From Octopus vulgaris (Eukaryota), in the NCBI GenBank assembly GCA_951406725.2, contig OX597832.1, positions 31,372,001-31,436,000 of the forward strand: a stretch of DNA of 64,000 bases, in the 5' to 3' direction. Shown in pieces: positions 41,591 to 55,914 of the stretch (its first letter is position 1; the number at the start of each line of letters is the position of its first letter). Both the position numbers and the translations under genes were made by a program. Below the pieces are notes generated by a model. It saw only the letters and a list, made by a program, of their open reading frames with translations, was not told where the DNA came from and did not search any database.

Positions 41591-42050
41591 ACTGCTTCGC
41601 AGCTACTTTGTTGGCATCCCTATTCTAAATGTGGCTGTCGTTACCAGTGTTGTTGTGGATTCTAGCGATGTTAACTGTTGATACTTCGATCTGTGGTTGT
41701 TGTCAGTGGTGATGGTGATGGTGATGGTGGCGGTGGTGGCGGCGGCGGTGGTGGTTTTGTTGATTCTCCCTAAAGAATATTGCCGAAGTAGTCTTCTGTA
41801 AATACGACGACTGTGGCACTGGCTGACAAATCAATAAGGTCCAATCAATTGGAGACACACACGCATTGTATGGCTTCATACACACACACACACACACACA
41901 CACGCACATCTATACACACGTATCCGTACACACAAGCATACACACACGCATACACAAACACACACACACACCAACCTCTCTATTCGCATACATCCATATA
42001 TCTATATATCCATATACATACGTACATAACAATGTACACATATATGTTTG

Positions 42051-42100
<50 letters not shown>

Positions 42101-42114
42101 TATATATGTATATA

Positions 42115-42170
<56 letters not shown>

Positions 42171-42174
42171 TATT

Positions 42175-42228
<54 letters not shown>

Positions 42229-43369
42229 AATATATATATATTATGAACATGTGCTTATATCTTTATATATATATATGCAAATATGTGTACACACACACGC
42301 ATATATATATATATATATATGTGCACATTTGTGTGTGTCAGTGTGTGTGTCAGTGTGTGTGTCAGTGTGTGTGCGTGTGTGCGTGCGTGCGCATGTTTGT
42401 ATGGCTTGTGTATAATAAACCCATCTACAAACTCATGATGGATGCGCTTGACGTAGGCAGTCCAGACAGATGTACTTTATGCAGTAATTAACCGGAGACT
42501 CTGGATGGGAATAACTGATGGTAAGAGTCGCCGCCGCCGTCGTCGTCATGATGATGATCATCATCATTGCCAACGTCATCGTAATTATCATCATCATCAT
42601 CGCCACTATCGCCTTCATTATCATTACCGCCGCCGCCGCCGCCGCCGCCGTTCTCCTCCTCCTCGCTGCATTCAAAGTGGACATGTTAACCTAGAATTAA
42701 AATACACATTAATATTTATTCCATCTGTTCGTCTGATATCTTTTTTCCATCTTCGAGACGGTGCTACACATTTCTAGCGAAGGCTGTGTGTATGTGTTTG
42801 TGCGTGTGTATGTGTGTATGTGTATGTGTATGTGTGTGCGCGTGTGAGTATGTGTTTGTGCGTGCTTGCGTGCGTGTGTATGTATGTGTGTGTCTGTGTC
42901 TGTGTGTATGTGTATGTCATTGTGTGTGTGTGTGTATGTGTGTATGTGTATGTGAGTGTGTGTGTGTATATGTGTGTATGTGTGTGCGTGCAGCTTTTCA
43001 TAATCAAATGGATTGACCTCCGCACGTGACTGGTACTTGGCAATTTTAATTCATTAACCACGCAACGACAAAATGGTTTACCAACCCCAACAGAATTTCA
43101 GTCTTTTATCCTAATGCCTTGGTTGATGCTCAAATTATTTAACCCAAGGAAGTCCTAATCGTGAAGGTCAGTTACCATTCTAATCGCAATCTACTCATCT
43201 CCGTCCAAACAGTTTTAGAAGCACAGAAACAACTTTCCGGCCACTGATGGCGGCCCGCAACCTCTTAAAATGCGCTCTAATTTACGATCAGGAGTTTCAA
43301 ATCCTTGCGAACATCAGACACATTTTCTGGGTTTAACTTGCATAGTTAAACCTGCAACAGGATGTTGTG

Positions 43370-43745
43370 ACATTCTTCCAGCAACAGATCGATAACAGCT
43401 GAACGGGAAACGAGGGCCACACTACCTAAAATGTGCTTCCTTTTGTTTAAAACGATTGGTTGTTATTTGAAGTGAACTTGTTGCTATTTTTAGCAAGGCA
43501 AGAGACCACGTGCGGGGTCCCTCGATGAAATGTGTCTGAGTTGCTGCTGCAGTTATCATTGTTGTTGCTGCTGCTGTTTCGCTGATCGACAAGACCCACG
43601 ATGAAAAGTATTACAACAGGGTCCAGCCTGCCTTTTCACAAAAATCTCAGATCGTATTGTCTAGCATGCCCTTCGCATTTTTAGACGGAAGAGTAGATTT
43701 AGCTGTTGTTTTTACCAGATTGCGTGACCAGATTGAGGCTTCTCT
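43370..43745 (-). mobile_element. two degenerate family D retroposon copies
   Basis: Motifs ttgctatttttagcaaggcaagagaccacgtgcggggtccc and gatttagctgttgtttttaccagattgcgtgacc. Confidence 0.45.
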
Positions 43746-43989
43746 ATTTAGCGCTGATATAAATTATAAAGTCGTATACCCTGTGAGTAAAAGTAATCCA
43801 TGTTGTCCACATGTATGTTCGGTTAATTGGCTACATATTTCGGAATGGGCATATTAAAGGACCAAATAAGTACTGCAGTTGAATTATCGTTGATATTCGT
43901 CAGCCATTTTCTTGCAGTCATTTACAGACGTTAAATACGATTGCTTTTGCAACAGATGCTATTGTATTTATTGTTGCTGCGGTTGTCTC

Positions 43990-44008
43990 AGTAGCAGCAA
44001 CAGTAGTT

Positions 44009-44048
<40 letters not shown>

Positions 44049-44220
44049 AAGTAGAAGTAGTAGAAGTAGTAGTAGTGGTGGTAATAGAAGCAGTAGTAGT
44101 AGTGGTAATAGTAGTAGTAGTAGTAGAAGTAGTTGCAGTAGTAGTAGTAGAAGTAGTAGTGCAGTAGTAGTAGTAGTAGAAGAAGTAGTAGAAGAAGTAG
44201 TAGTAGTAGAAGTAGTAGTA

Positions 44221-44257
<37 letters not shown>

Positions 44258-44360
44258 AAGTAGTAGTAGAAGTAGTAGTTGCAGTAGTAGTAGTAGAAGT
44301 AGTAGTTGCAGTAGTAGTAGTTGCAATAGTAGTAGTAGTAGTAGTAGAAGTAGTAGAAGC

Positions 44361-44398
<38 letters not shown>

Positions 44399-44511
44399 AA
44401 GTAGTAGAAGTAGTAGTAGAAGTAGTAGAAGTAGTAGTAGAAGTAGTAGAAGTAGTAGAAGTAGTAGTTGCAGTAGTAGTAGTAGTAGTAGTAGAAGTAG
44501 TAGAAGTAGTA

Positions 44512-44551
<40 letters not shown>

Positions 44552-44583
44552 AAGTAGTTGCAGTAGTAGTTGCAGTAGTAGTT

Positions 44584-44628
<45 letters not shown>

Positions 44629-44700
44629 ATAATAGTAATAGTAGTAATAGTAGTAGTACAAGTAATTCTTGTTGCTGTTGTTGTTGATGTTATTGTTGTA
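43990..44700. repeat. about 700-bp compound trinucleotide array (GTA/GAA/GCA/GTT)
   Basis: Directly visible; source of the poly-V/E and poly-Y pseudo-ORFs. Confidence 0.95.
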
Positions 44701-45040
44701 GTAACATGGTGATGGTTAACGCTAATTAGGAGCGACGTGATGTTCCCAGCTTACAACGGCAGACGGCTTCCGTAATCAAATGACTTCGCGATGGAAATTC
44801 TACAAAAGAAGAAGAAGAGACACAACGGACAGACAGACAAACGGACAAATAAAGCGTCTTTGAAAATGGTCGGCGTATTAAATAAACAAAGGACGGATTA
44901 GTGAAGATGCATAGAGAATTTATGGACGGATTAACGTCAATAATTGATCAGTAATAACCTAAGTAATTAAAAGACATTTAATGAACATATTTCAATCTGG
45001 AATGATTCAAAAGATTTATCATTTCAGGTCACGGAATAGG

Positions 45041-45250
<210 letters not shown>

Positions 45251-45306
45251 GTCTGTCTGTCTGTCTATCTGTTTGTCTGTCTGTCTGTATTGTATCTCTC
45301 TCTTTT

Positions 45307-45341
<35 letters not shown>

Positions 45342-46219
45342 TTCTCTCTCACTCTCTTTCTCTCTCTCTCTCTCTATTTATCTATATCCATCCATCCATC
45401 CATCCATCCATCCATCCTTTCTTGTGCTAATTATGTAAAATGTTCCATTTAGAGACATCACAGCGTTGATGAGAGACAACTCTCCCACTGGACAGGACAC
45501 CAAACCACTACACCCAACGGGTAACACTTCCTAAACGCACCTCTTTCCGTCAGAAAGAGGAGAGCAGAGTCCAAAGTGAAACTCAATCTCTGAATGTCCA
45601 GAGCCATTTCTACTCTTTGACCAAACTGCAGACATTTACAGATTTGCCAAGTTGTTCAAACTCCTTACTTTGCATCGGGTTACTCAGCCACGAACAGGTC
45701 AATCATATCCAGGATTTCATCCTATGGGATGGTCATCTTCGAGAAATAACCGGCAACAGGTGCAGCAGCAACAAAACCACCACCACCACCACCACCACCA
45801 CCACTGCCACCAGCACCAAAAAGACAGAACCCCAAAAGAACGCCCAAAAGAACACCCTGGATAACGTGTCCTTAAGTTCCAGATAGAATAATGACATAAT
45901 GGCCACGGCTGGAATATCTTTGATCATTGGTCTGCTGGACTACAACAGTAACGACAACAACAGTAAAAACAACAGCAACAACAACAGCAACAACAACAAC
46001 AAACACAATGCAGTAAAAATTCTCAATGATTATGGCTTCTGGTTGGCGTTGAATCTGTTGTCTTGATTTATCCAAGAATGAGTTGCACGGAGATAGAATT
46101 TACAGATCTTTGATTATCGTCACTCATAAGAACGACACACTTTTGAACAGTGGCTGCCATATTGACATATATGAAAACCTCCATCTAATATTACACACAC
46201 ACACACACACACACTCACA

Positions 46220-46308
<89 letters not shown>

Positions 46309-46881
46309 ATTAGCGGAACTGTTTGCGCTTTCTTCCTTTCTATTAACGAGATGGCAAAATGGAGGAAGATTTTATCTCTAAAATTTTTCTTTCCTCGCCA
46401 TAGTTTTGAACAAGTTTCAACAGTTTTAAACAGCTTAAATTTATTAAACACGGCTATTCGTTCATCCTCTTTCCAATTCTTACCGCCTTGCATCTAAATC
46501 TCACAGATTTACAAGATAGAAATTAGTCGAAGACAACGTGGATATCTTACTGTACAAAAAGTATAGGTTAGTTACTTGAATAATACTTGGCGTACATTAG
46601 TGTTGGAACGTAGAAGGAGGCAACGGTTACAGCGACAAGGAAATTGTCTCTACTTTCTGTCAAATAACGAACTTTCTTGAAGAACTGCCGACCAGTCTTG
46701 CTTCACAATTAAGCGAAGCGTTCTACTTTTATAAGGTTCCTCAGTAATTACATTATGAGACACTAGCGACAAGATAAAAAGAAAATGGAAAGACGGAAAG
46801 AGGATATTAAATACAGTGGAATTAATGTCGTTTGCCAAATGATGTTGTGAGGCGTTCTATGTACATTTGTATATACATTCG

Positions 46882-46936
<55 letters not shown>

Positions 46937-48565
46937 ACGTATATGCACACACACACAGACACACACATATATATATACATAAATGCATACATACATACAC
47001 TCATATATATATAAATACATGTTAAGTGCGTACGTATGTATGTATGTATATGTATGCATGTGTATGTATATATATATACAAGCACACACACATACATGCA
47101 TATACAAACATATAGGTATTTGTATGTACTCGCACACACTGGCTTTCGCTAACGGTATATTAACTTTCAGTGAAAACAAAACTAGACGGAATGGGTGAAT
47201 GTAATTAGAGAGTTTTACACATTTAGTTATTTGTCTCTAAAGCTCGTTTCATTTTATTGGTGACAAGTTTGTCTTTGGCAAAGACAATCATCTTACAAAA
47301 AACCGCCTATGATATTTATGAAACAATATGGCGCTAGTATTTTTCTTTGTGTCGTCTGCTTTCTTCAGTCATTAGACTGTACCTGAATCTGTTTTGCCAG
47401 CAAGCGAATTAGTGTTCATTTTTATCGTTTCGTTCTTCTTTTCTTTTTTTTTTGCTTCTATAATACAAGTCTCACGGCTCTTCATTATAGCAATGAAAAT
47501 AACATTATCAGCAAAATTAACGGTTGAGTAGTTTTAACCTGATATAATTTCTGTCTCATTTTTAGATAGAAGATAGACATTAGATTTAAGATAGCTGGCG
47601 TCCATTGTTATTAAAAAAAAAAGCCCGGTAGATTTCTTAAAACTCAGCATATCAATTATGGCTTTAGACGCAATGGAAGAATGTGAAATCTTATATCTAT
47701 CTATATATATATATATATATACACATATGAACAAAACTACTAATAGACATATATATGCACATAGAAAGACGTTCATACAAAACCCTTCAGCGACGGTAAA
47801 AGCAATAAACAATACAAGATTTACAGACAATATATTAATTCTCTGTAAGCATATGTATTTACCTAAACTACAGAATATAAATGGCGAAAAGGCTAAAAGA
47901 AGTTCAGGTCTTACTGAAGCTGATAAGAGCAAACATGGTTGAAATATTGATAATTTCGTTGCCAGATTTTGCCTCAGAAATATTTCAGGGCAAAGGGTAA
48001 AGGCATATTATTTTAAAGAAGTAATTATCCTTTAAATGAAGCGTTTGGGAATTATTCTAACATGTTTACAGTCAAATGAACAATGCACAAATATGTGAGT
48101 TGAATTCATCCCGCTGTGTTCAGGTGTCTTTAATCTGATCGGGAGACGATGTATAACTTTGGGCAGAAAAGGTACTCTGTGTGTATGTATGTATGTATGT
48201 ATGTATGTATGTATGTATGTATGTATGTATGTATGTATGTATGCATGTATGTGTGTGTGTCTAAGTATGTATGTATGTATGTAGGTATGTATGCATGTAT
48301 GTATGTGTGTGTCTATGTATGTATAGATGTATGTATATATGCATGTGTGTGTATGTGTCTATGTATGTAAGTATGTATGTATGTAAGTGCGTGTGTCTAT
48401 GTATGTATGTATGTATGTATCTATGTATGTATGTATGTATGTATGTGTGTGTGTGTATGTATGTATGAATGTATGTATGTATATTAGTATGTACGTACGT
48501 ATGTATGCTAATGTATTTATATATACACACACATACACGCATGCGTGTTGACGTGTATATATAAA

Positions 48566-48765
48566 TGCGTAGCTAAGTGGTTTGGGTGTTGCACCCACGA
48601 TCACGATATCGTAGTTTCGATTCCCGGACAGGGCGGTTGCGTTGGTTTCTTAAGCAAAAACATCTCATCTCACGTTGCTTTGCGATCACTTCGACACCTG
48701 CCGTGTGGTACGAAGCGCACCTGTTCAGGTAACATCGATTTGATGGAGGGGCTGAGCTAATATGT
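48566..48765 (+). mobile_element. tRNA-derived CORE-type SINE, degenerate
   Basis: A box tagctaagtgg, B box gtttcgattccc, then ttcttaagcaaaaacatctcatctcacgttgct. Confidence 0.65.
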
Positions 48766-48837
48766 GGCATATATATTTCAGGTCTTATTCGGACTCAAAA
48801 GTCTATCAAAAAGAACACACACACACACACACACACC

Positions 48838-48942
<105 letters not shown>

Positions 48943-49585
48943 CGGGGGAGGGTGAAAGGATAGAGATGGGGAGACGGCGCCAGAATATTTATGGTTTAAG
49001 CCAGTTTTACTATGGGCACCATTTCTCCGATGTGTGTACATATTTGATGTGTATGTTTGCATACATGCGTGCTTGAGTGTGTGTGTGTGTGTGTGTGAGG
49101 CACTACGCATTTGACAGGGAAGCCGATCGCCGAGGGGCAGTAAAGTCTGGGTCATCATACAAAATCTGAATAACACTGAGAAAAATATGTCAACCTGAAA
49201 AAAAACCCCCGGCAACATAATGAATGAGAGATAGAGAGAGGGGGTAAAGAGAGGGGGATTAGGAGAGAGAAGAAGAAACGAGAAAGAGAGAGTGTGTGTG
49301 AGAGAGGGGGAAAGAGAATGAGAGAATGAGAGAGAGAAAGGTAGGAAAAGAGAGTGTGTATGTGTATGAGAGAAAGAGAGAGTGGGAAAGAAAGGAGAAA
49401 GAGAGGGAGCGTGTGCAAGAGAGAGAGAGAGAGAGAGAGTGAAGCATGTGATGTAAAGACGTATCACGTGATTTGGCGTGAAGCATCTCCCGTTTTGTCA
49501 CATGACACATTTCTTCTGCGATGGACATTTCCATAAAAACTGTAGATTTGTTGTTCATTGCTGAACTCCAATTCGGTTGGTGCCA

Positions 49586-49639
<54 letters not shown>

Positions 49640-49717
49640 GGTGGGAGGAAGATGGAGAGAAGAAAGAGGGAAATGGCAAGACATCGTTTTAGTGCTCACA
49701 CTTGCTTTACTCTCGTT

Positions 49718-49759
<42 letters not shown>

Positions 49760-50060
49760 ATCATGTTCTACAATACTTGAGATTCAAGGGCCCATGGCAA
49801 TTTAATACCTTGCCGAAGCTTCTGAAAGATCTCCATGGAGCAGCGGTAGGGGCCTTGAAGAAACTGCTGTCCAAGATCCTACATCATGGACCTACATCAC
49901 AGCAAGAAACTCAAAAGAAGGGCAGTAATGACAAAGAAAGCTCTCCTTCGCCAAAAGCCAGTCTCAAAAGAATAGCTACAGAAAAGGTGATAGCACTGGG
50001 AGTGCTACAGCATGGGCACAGCCGTCGTGCTGAGACGCGTAAAAGAACAGAAGAATGAAA
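49760..50060 (+). mobile_element. CR1-group LINE 3' end sharing its tail with SINE family A
   Basis: Peptide LRFKGPWQFNTLPKLLKDLHG...LSKI..GPTSQQE resembles CR1-type ORF2 C-termini; 3' end gtgctacagcatgggcacagc...gctgagacgcgtaaaagaa. Confidence 0.6.
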
Positions 50061-50173
50061 GAATTTATGTATGTATATGTATATATATGTCTTCTTTTAT
50101 TCTTATGTATATGTGTATGTATAAAAATATAATATAATATATAATATAATATAATATAATATAATATAATATA

Positions 50174-50238
<65 letters not shown>

Positions 50239-50313
50239 ACATATATATGCATGTATGTCTATTTTCATTCTTATGTATATGTGTATGTATATATATATGT
50301 TCATATATGTGAA

Positions 50314-50641
50314 GGCGCATGGCTCAGTGGTTAGAGCGTCGAGCTTACGATCGTGAGGTTGTGAGCTCGAATCCCGGACCAGGCTGCGTGTTGTGTTCTT
50401 GAGCAAGGCACTTTATTTCACGTTGCTCCAGTTCACTCATCTGTAGAAATGAGTTGCGACATCACAGGTGCCAAGCAGTATCGGCCATTGCCTTTCCCTT
50501 GGATAACACTGGTGGCGTGGAGAGGGGAGGCTGGTATGCATGGGCGACTGCTGGTCTTCCACGAACAACCTTGCCTGGACTTGTGTCTGGGAAGGTAACT
50601 TTCGAGGTGCAATTCCATGGTCATTCGTGACCAAAGGGGGG
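50314..50641 (+). mobile_element. full-length tRNA-derived CORE-SINE
   Basis: Head ggcgcatggctcagtggttagagcgtc (A box), B-box-like gagctcgaatccc, CORE-like gtgttcttgagcaaggcactttatttcacgttgctccagttcactcatctgtagaaatgagt. Confidence 0.85.
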
Positions 50642-50656
50642 TCTCAATATATATAT

Positions 50657-50956
50657 AAATTAGAAAAAAACACTTTTTATCAATTCAAAATGAAAAATTA
50701 AATTACACTATCTAGAAAATTACATATAGAAATATTAAATATAAGATAAGAAATATAACGATGATTAAGTAATGTGCAAAATTATAAACAAAACGTATAT
50801 ATATTTGGTAGAATGTTTTATTTATTATTTTGCACATTAATTAATCAGCGTCATATTTTTTATCTTATATTTAATATTTCTATTATATGTAATTTTCTAG
50901 ATGGTGTAATATAATTGTTCATTTTGAATTGATAAAAGGTGTTTTTTTTCTAATTT
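50657..50956. repeat. 300-bp AT-rich imperfect palindrome within (TA)n
   Basis: Arms aaattagaaaaaaacactttttatcaattcaaaatgaa... and ...ttcattttgaattgataaaaggtgttttttttctaattt pair over about 140 bp. Confidence 0.85.
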
Positions 50957-51038
50957 ATATATATATTATATTTTGTGAAATTTGATTTAGTATTTCTAAA
51001 TTGAATTTTTCTCTGTAAGTTTGGAAATATTCCCTAAA

Positions 51039-51095
<57 letters not shown>

Positions 51096-51122
51096 ACATA
51101 CATACATATATATATGTATACA

Positions 51123-52388
51123 CGAGGGGCGTTCAATAAGTAATGCCCCTGACCCACTTCCCATAGCAGTAGAGCAACGAAACGTGGCACAGTTATTAGT
51201 TTTTTTCTACATAGAAACCACCCAGAGTTACGCATTTCTACGATTGTTTGATGCAGCTCTGGAGACCGTTTTTGTAGAAGACCCCAGCTTGGTCCTCCAA
51301 TCACGACGTCACGTCAGAAATCAAGGCTGCATCATCTGGGAAACACTTTCCTTTCAAAAACAACTTCATGGCCGGGATGAGGTGAAAATCAGAGGGTGCA
51401 AGGTCAAGAGAGTAGGGGCCTGGGGGAGGAGTTCATAGCCGCATGCCTGTGCTTCTGATCTGGCGACCATCGAGTTGTGGACCGGAGCGTTGTCCTGCAG
51501 GAGGAGGATGCCTTTGCTGATCTTGCCCCGCCTCTTGATTTTGATAGCCTCTCTTAATTTCATCAAAAGTGAAGCATAATAGGCTCCTGTAATTGTGGTA
51601 CCCTTTGCCAGGAAATCTGTCATCACTACTCCGTCCTGGTCCCAGAAGACTATGAGCATGACTTTGCTAGTGGAGGGCTGCACCCTTGCCTTCTTTGGAG
51701 GAGGTGAGTCACGGTGCTTCCACTGCATTGACTGGGCTTTTGTCTCTGGATCATAGTGATGGACCCAGGTTTCAACCTGTGTAATCAGTCTTTTGAAAAA
51801 TGCTGACTCATCTTCTTGGCACATCTCCAAATTCATCCTCGAGCACTCGACGCATTCTTGCTTCCGGAACGGTGTGAGCAACCTGGGAATCCATCTGGCA
51901 GACACCTTTTGCATATGAAAATGGTCATGAATGATTGGTTTCTACAGACCCGGTACTAATCTTGACCTCATGGGCTATTTGGCGAATAGTTATGCGTCGA
52001 TCTTCCAAAATGGCAGCCTCAACTTGATGGACAGATGCCTCATCAATAGCAGTAGGGGGCGACCAGATCTGGGAGCTGTTTCCACAGAGTTCCGACTATG
52101 TTTGAATTCACAATGCCAGCGTTTTACAAGGTCATATGATGGGGCATCATCACCATAAGTTACTTTCATTTCATCAAAAGTCTCCCGTGGTGTGCGTCCT
52201 TTCAAATACAAAAAGCGGATCACTGCCCGACACTCAACAGGCTTCATTTCACACTTGACTCAGTTCAAACACCTGAGCTGTAATTTACCACTTAATCTAT
52301 AGAGATATAGATAATTGCACATGCAAAATTTCAGCTAGATCAAACAACTGCAAGTGGGTCAGAGGCATTACTTATTCAACGCCCCTCG
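51123..52388 (-). mobile_element. full-length mariner transposon (irritans/Hsmar2-like), 1266 bp, inactive
   Basis: 37-bp TIRs cgaggggcgttcaataagtaatgcccctgacccactt with 2 mismatches; TA on the right flank and CA on the left; transposase inside. Confidence 0.95.
51196..52247 (-). pseudogene. mariner transposase pseudogene (about 350 codons)
   Basis: MKPVECRAVIRFL...RSGRP, WIPRLL, TQVETWVHHYDPETK (first catalytic D changed to V), QDNAPVH, a frameshifted YSxDLAPSDFH and two internal stops near the C-terminus. Confidence 0.92.
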
Positions 52389-52767
52389 TATATATATATA
52401 TACATATGCAAACACACACACATATATGTATGCGTATATATGTAATATGCAATAACCATTATTTATGCCTTGTATATGCGTGCGTGTGTATGTATGCATG
52501 TCTGTATGTATTTGCGGGTGAAACGAAACTATGTGCATATATATATTTACATATTGCTGAACGTATCTCAATACGTATATACGTTTGTATGTATGTCCGC
52601 GTGCACTTTTTGTACGACGTTCGAAAGTTTCTAGAACTACAAAATTGCTGATCTGGGCGTGTGAAACTTCATCAATATCGAAAGGTATTATAGTATATCA
52701 ATGATATTAACACCATATAGAGAGAGATAAAGAGAGAGGGAGAGAAGGAGAGAGAGAGGGAGGGAAG

Positions 52768-52819
<52 letters not shown>

Positions 52820-53034
52820 CGAAGTGGAATAATATTGCAAATGGTTGCTGTGATAAAATTAATTGGTGTCGACCAATGAAAGGTGTAATGTGATGTCGTC
52901 TATCTTGTAACGCCATGATTGGTGTCAAACACCATTCTTTGCCATCGACTTCATCTGCAGCAGTTTGTACTTTAGATCACTTTAATTCTATCATATCTAC
53001 TTGTCATTCACTTTCTCCCAGTCATTCCCGCTGC

Positions 53035-53075
<41 letters not shown>

Positions 53076-53161
53076 ATCTCTCTCTCTTCTAGTCTATTTT
53101 GTGTGTATATTTATATATATATATATATGTATATATGTATATATATGTATATATATGTATA

Positions 53162-53200
<39 letters not shown>

Positions 53201-53210
53201 CACACACACA

Positions 53211-53254
<44 letters not shown>

Positions 53255-53402
53255 CATATATATGTATGTACTTATATATGTATGTATGTATATATATATG
53301 TATATATATAGTGTTAATGTTTGTTTTTATGTTTAGTTATAATAAAAATAATTTTACATTAATCTGATGTACATATATGTATATGCGCATATATGTATGT
53401 AC

Positions 53403-53433
<31 letters not shown>

Positions 53434-53559
53434 TGTATGTATGTATGTATGTATGTATGTATGTGGGTGTATAATTTGCTCACATGTGTGTGTGTGTGAG
53501 TGTGCTGATATATAGGTATATTTGTACAAATATGTGTATAGTTTTACATTTGTATAAAT

Positions 53560-53857
53560 ATAGTAATCACGATTGTAACGCAGTGAGTTCAATGCACGGC
53601 AGAGCGTTGTGTTCTTGAGCAAGACACTTTATGTCACTTTTGCTCCAGTCCACTCAGCTGGTAAAAATGAGTACTACCTGTATTTCAAAGGGCCAGCCTT
53701 GCCACATTCTGTGTCTACACTGAATCCCCCTGAGAACTACGTTAAGACTATGCGTGTCTGTGGAGTACTCAGCCATTTGTATGTTAATTTCATGAGCAGG
53801 CTGTTCGGTTGATCGGATCAAGTGGAAAGCTCGTCGTCGCGACCGACGAAGTGCCAG
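53560..53857 (+). mobile_element. CORE-type SINE
   Basis: gagttcaat B-box remnant, gtgttcttgagcaagacactttatgtcacttttgctccagtccactcagctggtaaaaatgagt, 3' half matches 19436-19617. Confidence 0.85.
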
Positions 53858-54339
53858 TCTTTTCTTTTTATATATGTTGGTGTATATGTACACTATATGC
53901 GAGTGCTGATAGATGTGAAGGAGCGAGTCTTTGTGGGTAGAGTTTTGAGCGCACGATTGGATGATCGCGGGTTCAAATTGAGGACGACGACCTGCGCATT
54001 ATCGCACTTTAATTACACGCTGTTTCGAGACTGGATGGAACGAAGCGAAATCTCTTTCCTCTTTGGCCAAGCAAAACAACAACAACAACAACAACAACGT
54101 ACTTTATTTTTGACACGAACATTTTTAACTTCAAAGATTGACTTTGCAGTTTGTCTTTCACGGATCGATAAAATAAGAATCAGTCCTGCAATGGAGGCTT
54201 AGATTAACCACCACCAAACCACCCCACAATCTGTCTTTGGGTCGTCTTCAGATTTCTTTTTCTACTCTTCTCTTTCTCTTTTCATTTTTCCTCTTACTTC
54301 GTTTCACTCACTCACACACACACTGTCAGTCACACGCAT

Positions 54340-54386
<47 letters not shown>

Positions 54387-54399
54387 TTCTGTATATGTG

Positions 54400-54650
54400 T
54401 TTTCTCTTACTCTTTCTTTCTACGTGTACGTGTGTTTCTCTTTTTCTCTTTCTGTTTATGAATATGTTTCTCTCTCTTTCTTTCTCTCTTTTCATGCGTG
54501 TCTTTCTCTCTCTCTTTCTCTCCCTCTTTCTCTCTCTCCTTCTTTCTTTTCATGCTTGTCTTTCTCTCTCTCCTTCTTTCTTTTCATGCTTGTCTTTCTC
54601 TCTCTCTTTCTCTCTTTTCATGCGTGTCTTTCTCTCTCTCTCTCTCCTTC
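54400..54650. repeat. degenerate minisatellite (ttttcatgc[g/t]tgtctttctctc...) about 4 units in a CT-rich tract
   Basis: The unit recurs at about 54489, 54547, 54582 and 54615. Confidence 0.7.
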
Positions 54651-55199
54651 TCTGATTTGTCTGTCTCTTTCTCTTCACATCAATCTCTGTCGTTCATTTT
54701 CTTTTACTTCCTTCTCACCTCTAACTACTTCTCCCACCCCCACCCCCTCACACTGCCCCTTCCTCCGACTTCCACATTCCCCAACTGTCGTCTGATTTCT
54801 TCCATTTCTGAAAGAAACGTTGCTCAAACTCCATTCACTTCTTCCAGATTCATTTATCGAGGAATGTTTTTAAAGGAAAATATCAGAACACTAGACTTTC
54901 ATATTTTCCATTTAGTAGAATCCATTGATGGCCAAGTTTCTATCAGACGAGCCCTAATTAAGGTGAACAGTTGAAAGGTGAACGGGTCAGAGGTGAGAAA
55001 CTTGGAATGAGATTATTTCGGGTGAGAATAAAACCGATCTGTTATTATTTGATCGAAGTTTTCTGATTAAGTTTGATTATCAACAAGAAAATCGTTTGGA
55101 AAGTAGAGGAAGACTTTTGAAATCGGAAAGCGATGATGATTATGTATAAACAAAGGCAGGCTCGGGCAGACAATAGCGAAACGCATACACATAGACACA

Positions 55200-55253
<54 letters not shown>

Positions 55254-55730
55254 CACAAAAGCTCAGGAAAGCGCATGCAGACATACATATACGCACATAT
55301 ATGGTTGTACGCATTCAGTGTAGATCATGTTCTTCTAATCTAATTTTCAAGTATTCATGTGTATATTTAAACATATATCCACTCTATGTATTTTGATATG
55401 TTCGTATGTATGAATATATGTATGCTTCTGTTTTAGAATGCATACGTATTTCCGTTTACGCGAGTATGTATGTATGTATGTATGTTTGTATGTATGTATG
55501 TTTGTATGTATGTATATATACATTCGCTCGTAATTATGCATATACATATGCATATATGTATAAATATGTATAAATATGTATAAATATGCATATATGTATA
55601 AATATGTATAAATATGTATAAATATGCATATATGTATAAATATGTATATGCATGTATATATGTATGCATATATAGATATATGTGTGTGTGTGTGTATGCA
55701 TATAAATATATATATATCTGTATGTATGTA

Positions 55731-55787
<57 letters not shown>

Positions 55788-55914
55788 CATATACGTATAT
55801 ATATATATATGTGTGTGTGCGTGTGTGTGTGTGTACTTCCATGTTTACATGCATAAATACATATACATATGTATATATGCATATAAATGTATATAGGTAT
55901 ATGCACATCTATCT

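Noticed and set aside
43912-44712. 266-aa Ser/Val/Glu-rich ORF and the antisense poly-Tyr ORF
   Set aside because: Entirely a compound trinucleotide repeat with no domain content.
50314-50390. tRNA gene
   Set aside because: The tRNA-like sequence continues into a CORE domain and tail with no clean acceptor stem or terminator, so it is a SINE head. The same applies to the other tRNA-like heads.
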